Shown here in pieces: positions 34,148 to 44,128 of a stretch of 64,000 nucleotides of DNA (position 1 is its first letter; each line of letters begins with the position of its first letter). Source of the stretch: Microcoleus sp. (GTDB taxonomy: Bacteria > Cyanobacteriota > Cyanobacteriia > Cyanobacteriales > Microcoleaceae). The DNA is taken from NCBI GenBank assembly GCA_052279835.1, contig CP181291.1, positions 672,001-736,000 of the forward strand. The letters run 5' to 3'. A program made the translations under genes and the position numbers. Under the pieces are notes generated by a model. That model had not been told where the DNA came from and ran no database searches. It saw only the letters and a program-made list of their open reading frames with translations.

Positions 34148-37100
34148 TTGCTTCCGGCAAAGCACCCTGCATCTTACCCAACCAATCAATCAAATTATCC
34201 AATTGCTTGTCCGCACTCAAAACGGCCATCCCTCGAATAGTAACCTTTCCCTTGCTGTAGACAAAACGAGACTGCAAATGTTCCGGCAAATTAGCCTTAA
34301 GCAACAGCCAAGCAGGCTCCTCCATAGATGTTTCCAAAACAATATGCTGCTTATTTTCCGCTTTAATCCTAGAACAACCAATTTGCTTAGCAATTTGTTT
34401 GAGTTCAACAATACGAATAAGTTGCTTTGCAGGAAGAGGAATCGGCCCATAACGATCGCACCAATCAGCCTGAATCTGCTGCAACTCTTGGGGGGTACTA
34501 GCAGAAGCAACAGAACGATAAGCACTCATCTTCTGATCCAAATCCCCAATATAATCAGCAGGAATAAAAGCCGTCAAACTCAGATCAATTTGAGTATCTT
34601 CAACCTTGGGAATTTCTTGACCCTTAATTTCGCGAATTGCCTCCTCCAACATTTCAGCATACAAATCAAAGCCGATCGCCTCCATTTGACCAGACTGTTC
34701 CGTGCCCAAAATATCACCCGAACCCCGAATTTCCAAATCCCGCATCGCCAACTGATAGCCCGAACCCAACTGAGCGAACTCTTGAATAGCCCGCAACCTT
34801 TGCCTTGCAGCATCAGTCAACTGACTTTGCTTAGGATACAGCAGCCAAGCATGAGCTTGAATACCCGCGCGTCCCACCCGTCCCCGCAACTGGTAAAGTT
34901 GACCCAAACCAAACCGATGGGCGTCTTCAATCAAAATAGTATTGACACGAGGAATATCCAAACCAGACTCAATAATCGTGGTGCAGACCAAAATATCGAA
35001 ATCCGCCGCACTAAAAGTCAGCATAATCGATTCCAATTCCGAAGCATCCATTTGACCATGGGCGATCGCAATTCTCGCAGACGGAACCATCACCTGCAAC
35101 TGAGCAGCCAACTCCTCAATCCCCTCAATCCGGGGCACCACATAAAAAACCTGACCACCCCTGTCTAATTCTTGACGAATAGCCGATCGTACCGCTTCCG
35201 GGTCATAGGGAGCCAAATGGGTCTGAATCGGTCGCCTACTCGGAGGCGGAGTCGCAATCAAACTCATTTCCCGAATCCCCGACAGCGACATATACAAAGT
35301 CCGAGGAATCGGCGTAGCGGTGAGAGTCAGAACATCCACCTCTGTTTTGAGAGCTTTAATAGCTTCCTTTTGCTTAACCCCAAACCGCTGTTCCTCATCC
35401 ACCACCAACAAACCCAAATCCCGAAACTTAATCGCCTTACTCAAAACAGCTTGAGTACCCACAATCACATCTAATTCCCCAGTAGCCAAACGCTTATGAA
35501 TCTCCCGGCGTTCCGTTTCAGTGCGAAAGCGATTGAGCAAACCAACTTGAATAGGATAAGGCGAAAAACGCTCTGAGAGCGTGTGATAGTGTTGCTGGGT
35601 CAAAATCGTCGTCGGTGCGAGCAAAGCCACCTGCTTGCCCGCCGTAACCGCCTTAAAAATCGCTCTCAGAGCCACTTCCGTCTTACCAAAACCGACATCA
35701 CCACAGACCAAACGATCCATAGGTCGATCGCCCTCCATATCCCGTTTCACATCCTGAGTTGCCTTCAACTGATCCGGAGTCGGCTGATAAGGAAAAGAAT
35801 CCTCCAACTCTTGTTGCCAAGGCATATCAGGAGGAAAAGCATACCCTGTTTGTTTAGCTCTTTTAGCATAAAGATTCAACAAATCCACCGCTAATTTCTT
35901 AACAGCTTTACGAACCTTGGTTTTAGTTTTTTCCCAAGTTTGACCTGTGAGTTTGTTCAGTTCCGGCACTTTATCACCCACAGTCCGAAACCTCGACAAA
36001 GCCCCCAATTGGTCAGCGGCGACTCGGAGAGTACCATCAGCATATTGAATCAATAAATATTCGCGAGTTTCGCGATCGATCGTCAAACGCTCCAACTTAA
36101 TAAACTTACCCACTCCATGCTGACGGTGAACCACAAAATCACCAGGGCTTAATTTATTGGGGTCTACTTGTTTAGAAGCAGCACGACGACGCTTGCGAAC
36201 ATAACTAAAAGTAGCTAGAGAATGTTGACCGTAGAATTCCCGATCGCAAATCAAAACAATCCGAAAAGTAGGCAGAATAAAACCTTCCAATTCAGCCAAA
36301 CCGCTGTACTTCAAAGCCACCGGAATATGCTGCAATTGCAACTTATCGATCGCCAAATAATCCCGCGGATTCACCACAAACTGAGCCGGACAGTCATGTT
36401 CCGAAAGCAGAGAAACAGAGCGACTCGGTTGAGCCGAAACCAGAAACACCGAAAAACCGCGATCGCGCTCCTCCCGGAGCATTTGAGATAACTTAGCAAA
36501 CTGGTGAGGCATCACCGGCACCGGGCGAGAAGCCAAATTAATCGCACCAGAAACAGAAACAGAAGATTCAGCCAATTCCGAAAGATAAAGTCGAGGAAAA
36601 GCTTCCACATCCGCCATAGACTCAGCAAAAGAGCGGTGAATCTTAGGAACAGAAACAATTAAACTTTCCCATTGCTCCCGAGCACCTTCAAACCAACGAT
36701 CGCAGTGAGCCTCACACTGAGCCGGTTCATCAATAGCCACCAAAGTATTTGACGGCAAATAATCCAAAATAGAAGCAGGCTGCTCAAAAGCCAAACCCAA
36801 CAACCCCTTAATCACCTTCCCTACCCCTTCTTCCCCCTCTTCCCCATTCCCCCCTTGGGGGGGGGCAGGGGGGGGTTCTTCCTTCGCGCCCTTCGCGCCT
36901 TCGCGGTTCGATTTCAAACTCCACCTTTCACCCAAAGCCCCCCGCACAATCCCCCCAAAATCCGTAGGAGTCAAAACCAAGCGATCGATCTTATCAAGCG
37001 ATCGCTGAGAAGACGGGTCAAACTCCCGAATTTGCTCCAAATCATCCCCAAACCATTCCAGACGCACCGGCAACTCCGCAGCCACCGGAAACACATCCAC

Positions 37101-37664
37101 AATATCGCCCCGACGACTCCACTGGCCCTCCATTTCGACTAGAGGCACCCGATCGTAACCCATCGAAACAAGTTGGCGGTCTAAAATCTTCGAGTCTTGA
37201 ACCATACCTCGCGCCAAAGTCAGACAATAGGGTGCAAAAGCAGCAGGTGGCGGCAAATGAGACTGGAGAGCCCGCGCTGTAGCGACAATCGCCATCGGCT
37301 TAGAATTAGTAGTGATTTCTGGTTGCTGGACCAAATCCGCCAGCACCTGCATTTGCCCCCAAGTCATTTCGCTCTCATCGGAGTAAGATAGCTCGTAGGG
37401 CGAAGCCTCCGAAGTCGGGTAAAAATGCACAGTCTGCCAGCCCATCGCCTCCAGCCCAGCCACCCAACGGCCAGCTTCTTCCAGAGTTGCTGTGACGACG
37501 AGTAAACTTTGCCCTTCTTGCTGGGCGAGGGCTGAAGCTACCAAACCTTTCGGTAGGCGGGCTACGCCGGAGAGTTGCACGTACCCATGGCGCTTGAGTT
37601 TGTTGAGTAGTTCTGTGGCTAGGGGCGATCGCCCCAGAGTCCGAATGATTGAAGAGAAAGTCAT
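34134..37664 (-). CDS. mfd: Transcription-repair coupling factor
   Basis: [10 protein letters not shown], CarD-like [45 protein letters not shown] domain; carries an in-frame repeat insertion. Confidence 0.97.
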   Translation of the reverse strand: MTFSSIIRTLGRSPLATELLNKLKRHGYVQLSGVARLPKGLVASALAQQEGQSLLVVTATLEEAGRWVAGLEAMGWQTVHFYPTSEASPYELSYSDESEMTWGQMQVLADLVQQPEITTNSKPMAIVATARALQSHLPPPAAFAPYCLTLARGMVQDSKILDRQLVSMGYDRVPLVEMEGQWSRRGDIVDVFPVAAELPVRLEWFGDDLEQIREFDPSSQRSLDKIDRLVLTPTDFGGIVRGALGERWSLKSNREGAKGAKEEPPPAPPQGGNGEEGEEGVGKVIKGLLGLAFEQPASILDYLPSNTLVAIDEPAQCEAHCDRWFEGAREQWESLIVSVPKIHRSFAESMADVEAFPRLYLSELAESSVSVSGAINLASRPVPVMPHQFAKLSQMLREERDRGFSVFLVSAQPSRSVSLLSEHDCPAQFVVNPRDYLAIDKLQLQHIPVALKYSGLAELEGFILPTFRIVLICDREFYGQHSLATFSYVRKRRRAASKQVDPNKLSPGDFVVHRQHGVGKFIKLERLTIDRETREYLLIQYADGTLRVAADQLGALSRFRTVGDKVPELNKLTGQTWEKTKTKVRKAVKKLAVDLLNLYAKRAKQTGYAFPPDMPWQQELEDSFPYQPTPDQLKATQDVKRDMEGDRPMDRLVCGDVGFGKTEVALRAIFKAVTAGKQVALLAPTTILTQQHYHTLSERFSPYPIQVGLLNRFRTETERREIHKRLATGELDVIVGTQAVLSKAIKFRDLGLLVVDEEQRFGVKQKEAIKALKTEVDVLTLTATPIPRTLYMSLSGIREMSLIATPPPSRRPIQTHLAPYDPEAVRSAIRQELDRGGQVFYVVPRIEGIEELAAQLQVMVPSARIAIAHGQMDASELESIMLTFSAADFDILVCTTIIESGLDIPRVNTILIEDAHRFGLGQLYQLRGRVGRAGIQAHAWLLYPKQSQLTDAARQRLRAIQEFAQLGSGYQLAMRDLEIRGSGDILGTEQSGQMEAIGFDLYAEMLEEAIREIKGQEIPKVEDTQIDLSLTAFIPADYIGDLDQKMSAYRSVASASTPQELQQIQADWCDRYGPIPLPAKQLIRIVELKQIAKQIGCSRIKAENKQHIVLETSMEEPAWLLLKANLPEHLQSRFVYSKGKVTIRGMAVLSADKQLDNLIDWLGKMQGALPEANVLF

Positions 37665-37955
37665 GGGCTGTTAATTTTTAATCCCCGATCGGCAAAGGCT
37701 CTTTCTCTTTGCCTGTTAAGGAGATTGTACGACAAACATCATTGATTGTGTCGAGGATCTGTTGTCGCCGAGGAACTTAACAGAGGGTTAATTTTTGGTC
37801 TAATATATCGAGGCTGCGATCGAAACGAGCGAGTTCCGTTAATCTAGGTACAGGATTGATAGCGAAAAAATTTCGATTTTGCGATCGAGATTGAAAGCTT
37901 TCAGGCCTCTCCTTTAACCGGGCTGTGCTTGCCGTTACCACTGATAATTTGAGAA

Positions 37956-39287
37956 ATGTCCCCAAGTACCGACCTTCTGATTGTTCTGCTGCTGATTTTC
38001 CTCAATGGCTTATTTGTGATGTCAGAGATGGCCATCATCTCAGTACGCAAGGTAAGACTGCAACAGATGGCCAACCAAGGTTCGACCAATGCCCGCGTCG
38101 CATTGGATCTAGCTAATGCCCCCAATCAGTTCTTACCCACAGTTCAAATCGGGATTACGCTGCTGGCGATTCTGTCGGGCGCTTTTGGAGAAACGACTAT
38201 TTCTAAAAGAGTAGAGCCTTTGTTGCGACTGATTCCTGCCCTAGCGCCCTACTCAGGGGCGATCGCCTCAGTCATCGCAATTTTAACCATAACTTATCTG
38301 ACCATAATTATTGGCGAACTCGTGCCCAAGCGACTAGCACTCAACAACCCAGAGCCGATCGCCTCCAGCGTAGCCATTCCCATGCGAATGCTCTCAAAAA
38401 TTGGTGCTCCCGCCGTCTATGTTTTAAGTTATTCTACTGAATTAGTGCTGCGGCTCATGGGGATTTTGCCCTCGACAGAACCGCAAGTTACAGAAGAAGA
38501 AATTAAAGTGTTAATCGAGCAAGGAACCGAAGCCGGCACCTTTGAAGAAGCCGAACAAGATATGGTAGAAAGGGTGTTTCGTTTGGGCGATCGACGAGTC
38601 AGCGCCTTAATGACACCGCGTCCCGATCTTACCTGGCTCGATCTCGACGATTCAGTAGAAGAAAATCGCCAAAAAATGCTTGGCAGCGGTCATTCTAGGT
38701 TTCCGGTGTGTCAGGGAGGCCTCGACAACGTTGTCGGTTTAGTACACGTCACAGATATGCTGTCACGGACTTTAACTGGTCAACCCCTCGATTTAAGCGC
38801 TTCTTTACGAAGACCTTTATTTGTACCAGAAAGCACGCGGGGTTTAAAAGTATTAGAACTTTTCAAGCAATCTAGCAATCAAATAGCCTTGGTAGTAGAC
38901 GAATATGGCGTGATTCAAGGATTGGTTACAGTTAACGACATTTTAGTCGAACTCGTGGGAGAATTTCCCTCTATTGAAGATGCCGACGAGCCACAAGCCG
39001 TCCAACGGGAAGACGGTTCTTGGCTGTTAGATGGAATGCTACCAGTCGAAGATTTTTTTGAGATGTTTGGCATCGAAGAATTGTCAGCCGAAAACAAAGG
39101 AAGTTACCACACAATGGGCGGTTTTGTGATTACAAATTTGGGCAAAATTCCCGCAGCCGCCGATCACTTTGAGTGGAACAGTTTGCGTGTCGAAGTAGTA
39201 GATATGGACGGGAACCGAGTTGATAAAATCTTGGTAATGCCGATCGACAAAGCAGGGAATCTACCCCTAAGCAATCCACAAACGTGA
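37956..39287 (+). CDS. Hemolysin-family CNNM/CBS/CorC transporter protein
   Basis: TVQIGIT, GELVPK, MTPR, HSRFPV, VVDEYG CBS pair, CorC domain. Confidence 0.92.
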   Translation: MSPSTDLLIVLLLIFLNGLFVMSEMAIISVRKVRLQQMANQGSTNARVALDLANAPNQFLPTVQIGITLLAILSGAFGETTISKRVEPLLRLIPALAPYSGAIASVIAILTITYLTIIIGELVPKRLALNNPEPIASSVAIPMRMLSKIGAPAVYVLSYSTELVLRLMGILPSTEPQVTEEEIKVLIEQGTEAGTFEEAEQDMVERVFRLGDRRVSALMTPRPDLTWLDLDDSVEENRQKMLGSGHSRFPVCQGGLDNVVGLVHVTDMLSRTLTGQPLDLSASLRRPLFVPESTRGLKVLELFKQSSNQIALVVDEYGVIQGLVTVNDILVELVGEFPSIEDADEPQAVQREDGSWLLDGMLPVEDFFEMFGIEELSAENKGSYHTMGGFVITNLGKIPAAADHFEWNSLRVEVVDMDGNRVDKILVMPIDKAGNLPLSNPQT

Positions 39288-39416
39288 CAGACTCCCACAT
39301 CAAGCCAATTGCAGCTACTTGTGCGATCGCGTAGCCGAAGTATGATGTGGGCTTCTTAACAGCCCTAGCGAGGGCGTACCCGACTCCTTAGCCAAGAAGA
39401 ATATAAGTCCCGTTGA
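39284..39416 (-). mobile_element. IS605-family right end / TnpB omegaRNA 3' remnant
   Basis: Minus strand reads gaagcccacatcata…tgatgtgggagtctgtcac: subterminal hairpin plus GTCAC end, like the end at 46305-46347. Confidence 0.6.
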
Positions 39417-39492
39417 GATCAATCGATCGGGGAATAAACTCTAGAATAACATCCATCTTAGTTCCTTCTCACCCATACGTAGAGACTCTGGC

Positions 39493-40821
39493 TCATCGCT
39501 TCTTCTTATTTTTTTCATCCTGCCGCAACACTTCTAAAATAGAACTACCCACATAATTACTAAAAACCACTTCTCCCGCTTTGTTATAATGACAGCAGCT
39601 ATCCACATAAACAGCATCTTTAGTCTTGTCAAAAACCTTAACCCCATTAAATATATCAATCTTATTTTTTTCTAAATTAGGCAACTTTTTAAACAGAGCC
39701 GGATACCCAATTTCCACTGCCTTAGCATAGGGAGTATCCTGATTAAAAGCAATCTGCTTTTCGGCGGCGCTAAACACCCTTTTTGTCTGATAATACTGAT
39801 TGGGCTGGAGTATATGAACATAAGGCACATTGCTAGCAGACAAAACTTTGTGCATAAAAATCGAACTCTTTGCCCAATTCCATGCCATTTCTTCAAATGC
39901 TAGCCCATCCTGTGCCACAGACTTATTAGTATTAAGATAAATAACGCTCCCCTCATCTTGTTGTTTAGTGCGTTCTTTTTCAAACTTAATCACATCTGTT
40001 TTATAATTATTTATTAAGTTTTGAATATACACTGAATAGAAAGCATCACACGCCGCCAAACTACAGTGTTGCAAACTTTCCAAAGCCTGATTAATCTTAG
40101 CTTTATTTTCTTTAATTCTGATAGTTGCTTTCATCGCTTTTGTAGAAAGGCTATTATTCGCCAAGTTAGTCAACGGCAAGATATGCTGAATGCTTGGCAT
40201 CGCTAAATCGACCTTATTTTTATTGTTTAAATTAGAAAGGGCTACTTCATTGAAGCCATCTATATTTACAACCAGATCGAATTCTTGACGAAGGGCTAAG
40301 AAATAGTTTAAAATTAACAATTGTTGGGGCTGTTTATAGCCTCCGGTAGCAAAAGACAAAATTACAAATTCTCGATTTTTCAAACTAGGCAACTGCTTGA
40401 TATATTCAGGCAAAATTTTATTCTGTATTTCAAATATTGAATAATTAGAAGCAACAGAACCGCCAAATACCCCAATAATAAATTGATTTTTGTTAGTCTT
40501 TTTTAAAGGGTAATCGTAAGGAGAAATAAACCCATAGTTATTGACTTTAAAACCGGGGCGAAAATCAGCACTCGGTTTTTGAACAAATCCGAAAAAAGGA
40601 TGAAATCTTTCGACTATAGACTCATTTAATCGTACTCCTTCCAAATTAATTCCCAAGGCAGATTTATCTAACGGTTTTTGTCTGGCATAGAAAAATTGCT
40701 TGTGTTTCACAAAATACCATCCCAGGGAACCGAGTTCGAGGAAAACGAGTAAAAGCACTAAGTTCACTAAAGCAATCTTGAGAAAATCTTGTCCTTTTTT
40801 GATAAATTTTAAATCTTTCAT
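39493..40821 (-). CDS. Membrane-anchored SGNH-like protein
   Basis: N-terminal TM helix, HPFFG, GVFGGSVA, GGYKQPQQ, DGFNE, QPNQ, DSCCHYN. Confidence 0.75.
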   Translation of the reverse strand: MKDLKFIKKGQDFLKIALVNLVLLLVFLELGSLGWYFVKHKQFFYARQKPLDKSALGINLEGVRLNESIVERFHPFFGFVQKPSADFRPGFKVNNYGFISPYDYPLKKTNKNQFIIGVFGGSVASNYSIFEIQNKILPEYIKQLPSLKNREFVILSFATGGYKQPQQLLILNYFLALRQEFDLVVNIDGFNEVALSNLNNKNKVDLAMPSIQHILPLTNLANNSLSTKAMKATIRIKENKAKINQALESLQHCSLAACDAFYSVYIQNLINNYKTDVIKFEKERTKQQDEGSVIYLNTNKSVAQDGLAFEEMAWNWAKSSIFMHKVLSASNVPYVHILQPNQYYQTKRVFSAAEKQIAFNQDTPYAKAVEIGYPALFKKLPNLEKNKIDIFNGVKVFDKTKDAVYVDSCCHYNKAGEVVFSNYVGSSILEVLRQDEKNKKKR

Positions 40822-40827
40822 AAACCT

Positions 40828-42165
40828 CTATTTCGACTTCCTTGCTACTTTAATAATTGAACTGGAAATATAGTTAGCAAATAATTCCTGTCCTACTAAA
40901 TTATAGTGACAGCAGGAATCTTTGTAAACAATTTCTTTGGTATTGTCCAAGATATTCACTCCATTAAATACATTGACTCCGGCTTTTTGCAAATCATCAA
41001 CTTTTGACAAAAGCAGCGGATAGCCTTTTGTTACCCCTTCCATGTAAGGACTATCTTTGCTAATGGCAAATGCTTTTTCCTTTTTTGGAAATATCCGTTT
41101 GGTTTGATAATATTGGTTGGGCTGAATAAAGTGAAAATAGGGAATTTTTCTACTTGATAAAATTTGATTCATCATTACCGAAGAGTCGTACCACATCGAT
41201 ACCATTTTGGTAAAAGCATCAGTATCATCTAAAACAGTATCAGATTTGGGAATATAGACAGTACCGCTATTTTTGGGGTCGGTTTTAGACTCTTTTACTT
41301 GTTTGTCGTACTTGATAATTTCTTGTTGGTAATCTTTGAGTAATAGCCTCACCTGTATTGAGATAACAGCATTACACAAAGCCAATCTACAAGTTTGTAA
41401 TTCAGCAATTGTTGTTCTCAATTGTTTTTTAGTTTCATTAATTTTCACGATGGCAGCCATAGCTTCCGGTGACAAGTTATCATTAGCTAAATCAGTTAAT
41501 GCTTGAACGTGTTGAACGCTTGGCATTCCTAGCTCTAATTGGGATTTGTTGTTTAAATTTGACAACGCTACTTCGTTAAAACCGTCAATATTAACTACCA
41601 TGTCAAACTCTTGACCCACCGCTATAAAGTAGTTTAAGACCAATAATTGTTGGGGCTGTTTGTAACCACCATTGGCAAAATTTAAAACAATAATTTCTTT
41701 GTTGGCAAATTCTGGATAACTTTTTAACTTCCTAGATAACATGGTACTTTCGTATTCATCCACGGCGAGGTTGTTGGCTACCGAACCGCCAAAAATCCCG
41801 ATAATAAATTGATTTTTACTGGTTTTAGCAAAAGGATATTGTAGGGGAGTATAAAAACCGCTCTTGTTGACTTTTAAATTATATTTTTTATTGCTAAAAG
41901 CACCTTGTTTCATGACATAGCCAAAAAACGGGTGCAGTCTTTCAATGGTGGAGTCATCTAGCCGAATTCCGATTCTTTGAATGTCCTCTACTACTGGTTC
42001 TTTTGTTTTATTTCTGGTATAAAACAATTGATTTTGAGTGAGAAAATAAAAAGCTAGGGACAAAGATTCCAGGCAAATAAATATGATGGCAAAATTAATA
42101 GCGATTACACTAAATAAATTTTTGCCTTTGTTTATAGCTTTTGAATCTTTCATCAGATTTGACAT
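40828..42165 (-). CDS. Membrane-anchored SGNH-like protein (paralog of the adjacent gene)
   Basis: Same motif set: GIFGGSVA, GGYKQPQQ, DGFNE, DSCCHYN. Confidence 0.75.
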   Translation of the reverse strand: MSNLMKDSKAINKGKNLFSVIAINFAIIFICLESLSLAFYFLTQNQLFYTRNKTKEPVVEDIQRIGIRLDDSTIERLHPFFGYVMKQGAFSNKKYNLKVNKSGFYTPLQYPFAKTSKNQFIIGIFGGSVANNLAVDEYESTMLSRKLKSYPEFANKEIIVLNFANGGYKQPQQLLVLNYFIAVGQEFDMVVNIDGFNEVALSNLNNKSQLELGMPSVQHVQALTDLANDNLSPEAMAAIVKINETKKQLRTTIAELQTCRLALCNAVISIQVRLLLKDYQQEIIKYDKQVKESKTDPKNSGTVYIPKSDTVLDDTDAFTKMVSMWYDSSVMMNQILSSRKIPYFHFIQPNQYYQTKRIFPKKEKAFAISKDSPYMEGVTKGYPLLLSKVDDLQKAGVNVFNGVNILDNTKEIVYKDSCCHYNLVGQELFANYISSSIIKVARKSK

Positions 42166-42166
42166 A

Positions 42167-43399
42167 CTAACGTGGACTCTTTGAAAGTTGAGGTTGCTTC
42201 AAATTTTCGCACAAATTTCGATTAATCATGATGCTAGCTAGCCGATGTCCAAGTTGATTCCAGTGGCCTCCACAGTTGACATAATTCTCAAAACCGTGGG
42301 CGCAAACCTGATATTTGTCAGTGTATGCTTGAAACTGTTCGGCTAAACTCAGCACCCGCACACCCTGGGCTCTACCGAAGTCGTCCAGTCGGCGATTGGG
42401 GTAAAACAAGTCCTGAATGTTGTTTTCTTCGATCAACTTTTGTCGCAGGGCAACATCTGGATGAACCTGAGTTGGATCGCCGATGGTTACAAGTAAGAAA
42501 TCAGCTTTTTTTTGGACTACTTCATCCCGCATTGTCAAAATCAAACCCTCTGTAATTTTCCAAGCATCTTGCCAAGCGGCATCGGTTGGGGCCTTAAAAT
42601 TCTGGGTGCTTAAGTTTGTAAAATCATTCGATAACTGTTGCTTTTTTCTCTCTAATTCTACCTTTTTCACAACTTGCAAAATGCGGGAGTTGTTGACTAA
42701 CCAAGTGGGTAGTTTGTCGATCGCAGAAACGGCATAACGGTTGCGATCGATGGGAAGTAAAGTCCGAAAAGACATATCTGGAACTAACTTACCACTAGCA
42801 TCATACACAAAAAATGGTCGATAGCGATCGTATTCTAGTTTCGGTGAATTATTAATTACATCATTGCCAATAAAAAAAGCAAGGACTACGATATCAGGGC
42901 TGTAATCCCACACTTTTTTCCGCAACATAACTAATTCTTGAGCCGTGCTGTAACCCTGGACTCCAAAATTGATGACTTCAACTTTTTTGCGTCCTTTGAC
43001 GGCTTCGCAATTGGCCAGTTTCCGTTCCAATTTTGACCAGAAAGTTTGTTCGATAGGTACGTGAATGGCTTCGGTGAAAGAATCCCCCAAAACTGCTACT
43101 CGCAAAGTATTGGGAGGTTTAGCTTTGGTGTGTTCGCGATCGCGCAAACCCTCGCTATTCACCTGGACAAAACTCGCGCCTTCCCCCTTCCACTCCCCCG
43201 ACACACCGGGTTTGAGTTTCCAGCCCAAATCGCGATCGGCAGTATGGAAACCTGTTGGTGCAGAGTCTACCAAATCTCCAATTTTGGGGTAGCCTTGAAT
43301 CCCAGCAACTCGCAATCCCAATTCACCAATTATCACCCCCATGAATAAACCGCCGAGTGTCAAACCTACGTTGACACCCAAAGTTTTCAATTTGCTCAT
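42167..43399 (-). CDS. SGNH/GDSL hydrolase or acyltransferase (SxtL-like position)
   Basis: N-terminal TM helix, NSEGLRD, LGDSFTE, NFGVQGY, GND, GGHWN. ATG at 43399. Confidence 0.85.
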   Translation of the reverse strand: MSKLKTLGVNVGLTLGGLFMGVIIGELGLRVAGIQGYPKIGDLVDSAPTGFHTADRDLGWKLKPGVSGEWKGEGASFVQVNSEGLRDREHTKAKPPNTLRVAVLGDSFTEAIHVPIEQTFWSKLERKLANCEAVKGRKKVEVINFGVQGYSTAQELVMLRKKVWDYSPDIVVLAFFIGNDVINNSPKLEYDRYRPFFVYDASGKLVPDMSFRTLLPIDRNRYAVSAIDKLPTWLVNNSRILQVVKKVELERKKQQLSNDFTNLSTQNFKAPTDAAWQDAWKITEGLILTMRDEVVQKKADFLLVTIGDPTQVHPDVALRQKLIEENNIQDLFYPNRRLDDFGRAQGVRVLSLAEQFQAYTDKYQVCAHGFENYVNCGGHWNQLGHRLASIMINRNLCENLKQPQLSKSPR

Positions 43400-43403
43400 T
43401 CTG

Positions 43404-43568
43404 TCAAAACAAAGTGTAAATAAAGGGAGCAATTACAGAACCCTGACTGAGTACAATCAAAGCTCCTAAAAATACTAAAGTGACAATTAAGGGCAACAGC
43501 CAATACTTTTGGCGTTCTTTCATAAACGCCCACAAGTCTTTGAGAAAGTCTAATGTTGATTCAAACAC
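43404..43568 (-). CDS. Small membrane protein, SxtK/DUF5989-like (54 aa; absent from ORF track)
   Basis: GTG start abuts the upstream stop: MFESTLDFLKDLWAFMKERQKYWLLPLIVTLVFLGALIVLSQGSVIAPFIYTLF*. Confidence 0.88.
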   Translation of the reverse strand: MFESTLDFLKDLWAFMKERQKYWLLPLIVTLVFLGALIVLSQGSVIAPFIYTLF

Positions 43569-43976
43569 TTAAAAAGGACGCTCCATACTAACTTTGTTTC
43601 TGGCTTTACTGGGGACGCGGTAAGTATCCATTTTGGGATTTAGTTTGCGTCTCATTGCATCTTCGCCTAACAGGGTTTTAATTACTCCCATTGGCCACAC
43701 TATCAGGTAAAAAACTATCCCCAGAATAATCGGAGTTTCGATTTTGTTAAGGATGAGTCCAAACCGCATCCAAGCGTGATAAACGGGATTCAGGGATTTT
43801 GGCGCAACCAATGCTAGCACAACTAGCACTGCACCGATCGCCCAGGGCAACCAAGGTAGGGGATGACGGCGCAATAATGGTACTACTAAACCGAATAGTA
43901 GTGCTATCAAACCGCCGATTAGCAGCCCGAAATCGCGCAAGCCTTTTTTATCGAGTTTTTTTATTTCGTCGCTCAT
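43569..43976 (-). CDS. SxtJ-family membrane protein
   Basis: LRDFG, P..L.P.Y..WMRFG..L, IILGIVFY…P.G, ends MERPF; follows the carbamoyltransferase. Confidence 0.85.
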   Translation of the reverse strand: MSDEIKKLDKKGLRDFGLLIGGLIALLFGLVVPLLRRHPLPWLPWAIGAVLVVLALVAPKSLNPVYHAWMRFGLILNKIETPIILGIVFYLIVWPMGVIKTLLGEDAMRRKLNPKMDTYRVPSKARNKVSMERPF

Positions 43977-43984
43977 GGGAAATA

Positions 43985-44128
43985 AGGAAGAAGGAAGAAG
44001 GAAGAAGGAAGAAGGAAGAAGGAAGAAGGAAGAGGGAAGAGGGAAGAGGGAAGAAAGCCCTTCGACGCTTCGACTCCGCTCAGCGCACCGATAACTAATG
44101 ACTAATGACTAATGACTAATAACTAATC
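43985..44128. repeat. Heptameric tandem repeats (GAAGAAG/GGAAGAG and ACTAATG)
   Basis: Visible 7-nt arrays between the carbamoyltransferase and SxtJ-like genes; similar arrays at 5949-6012, 7110-7152, 32176-32238 and 47077-47177. Confidence 0.9.

Noticed and set aside
34203..35168. 321-aa plus-strand ORF
   Set aside because: Antisense shadow of mfd with no recognisable motifs; explained by codon bias.
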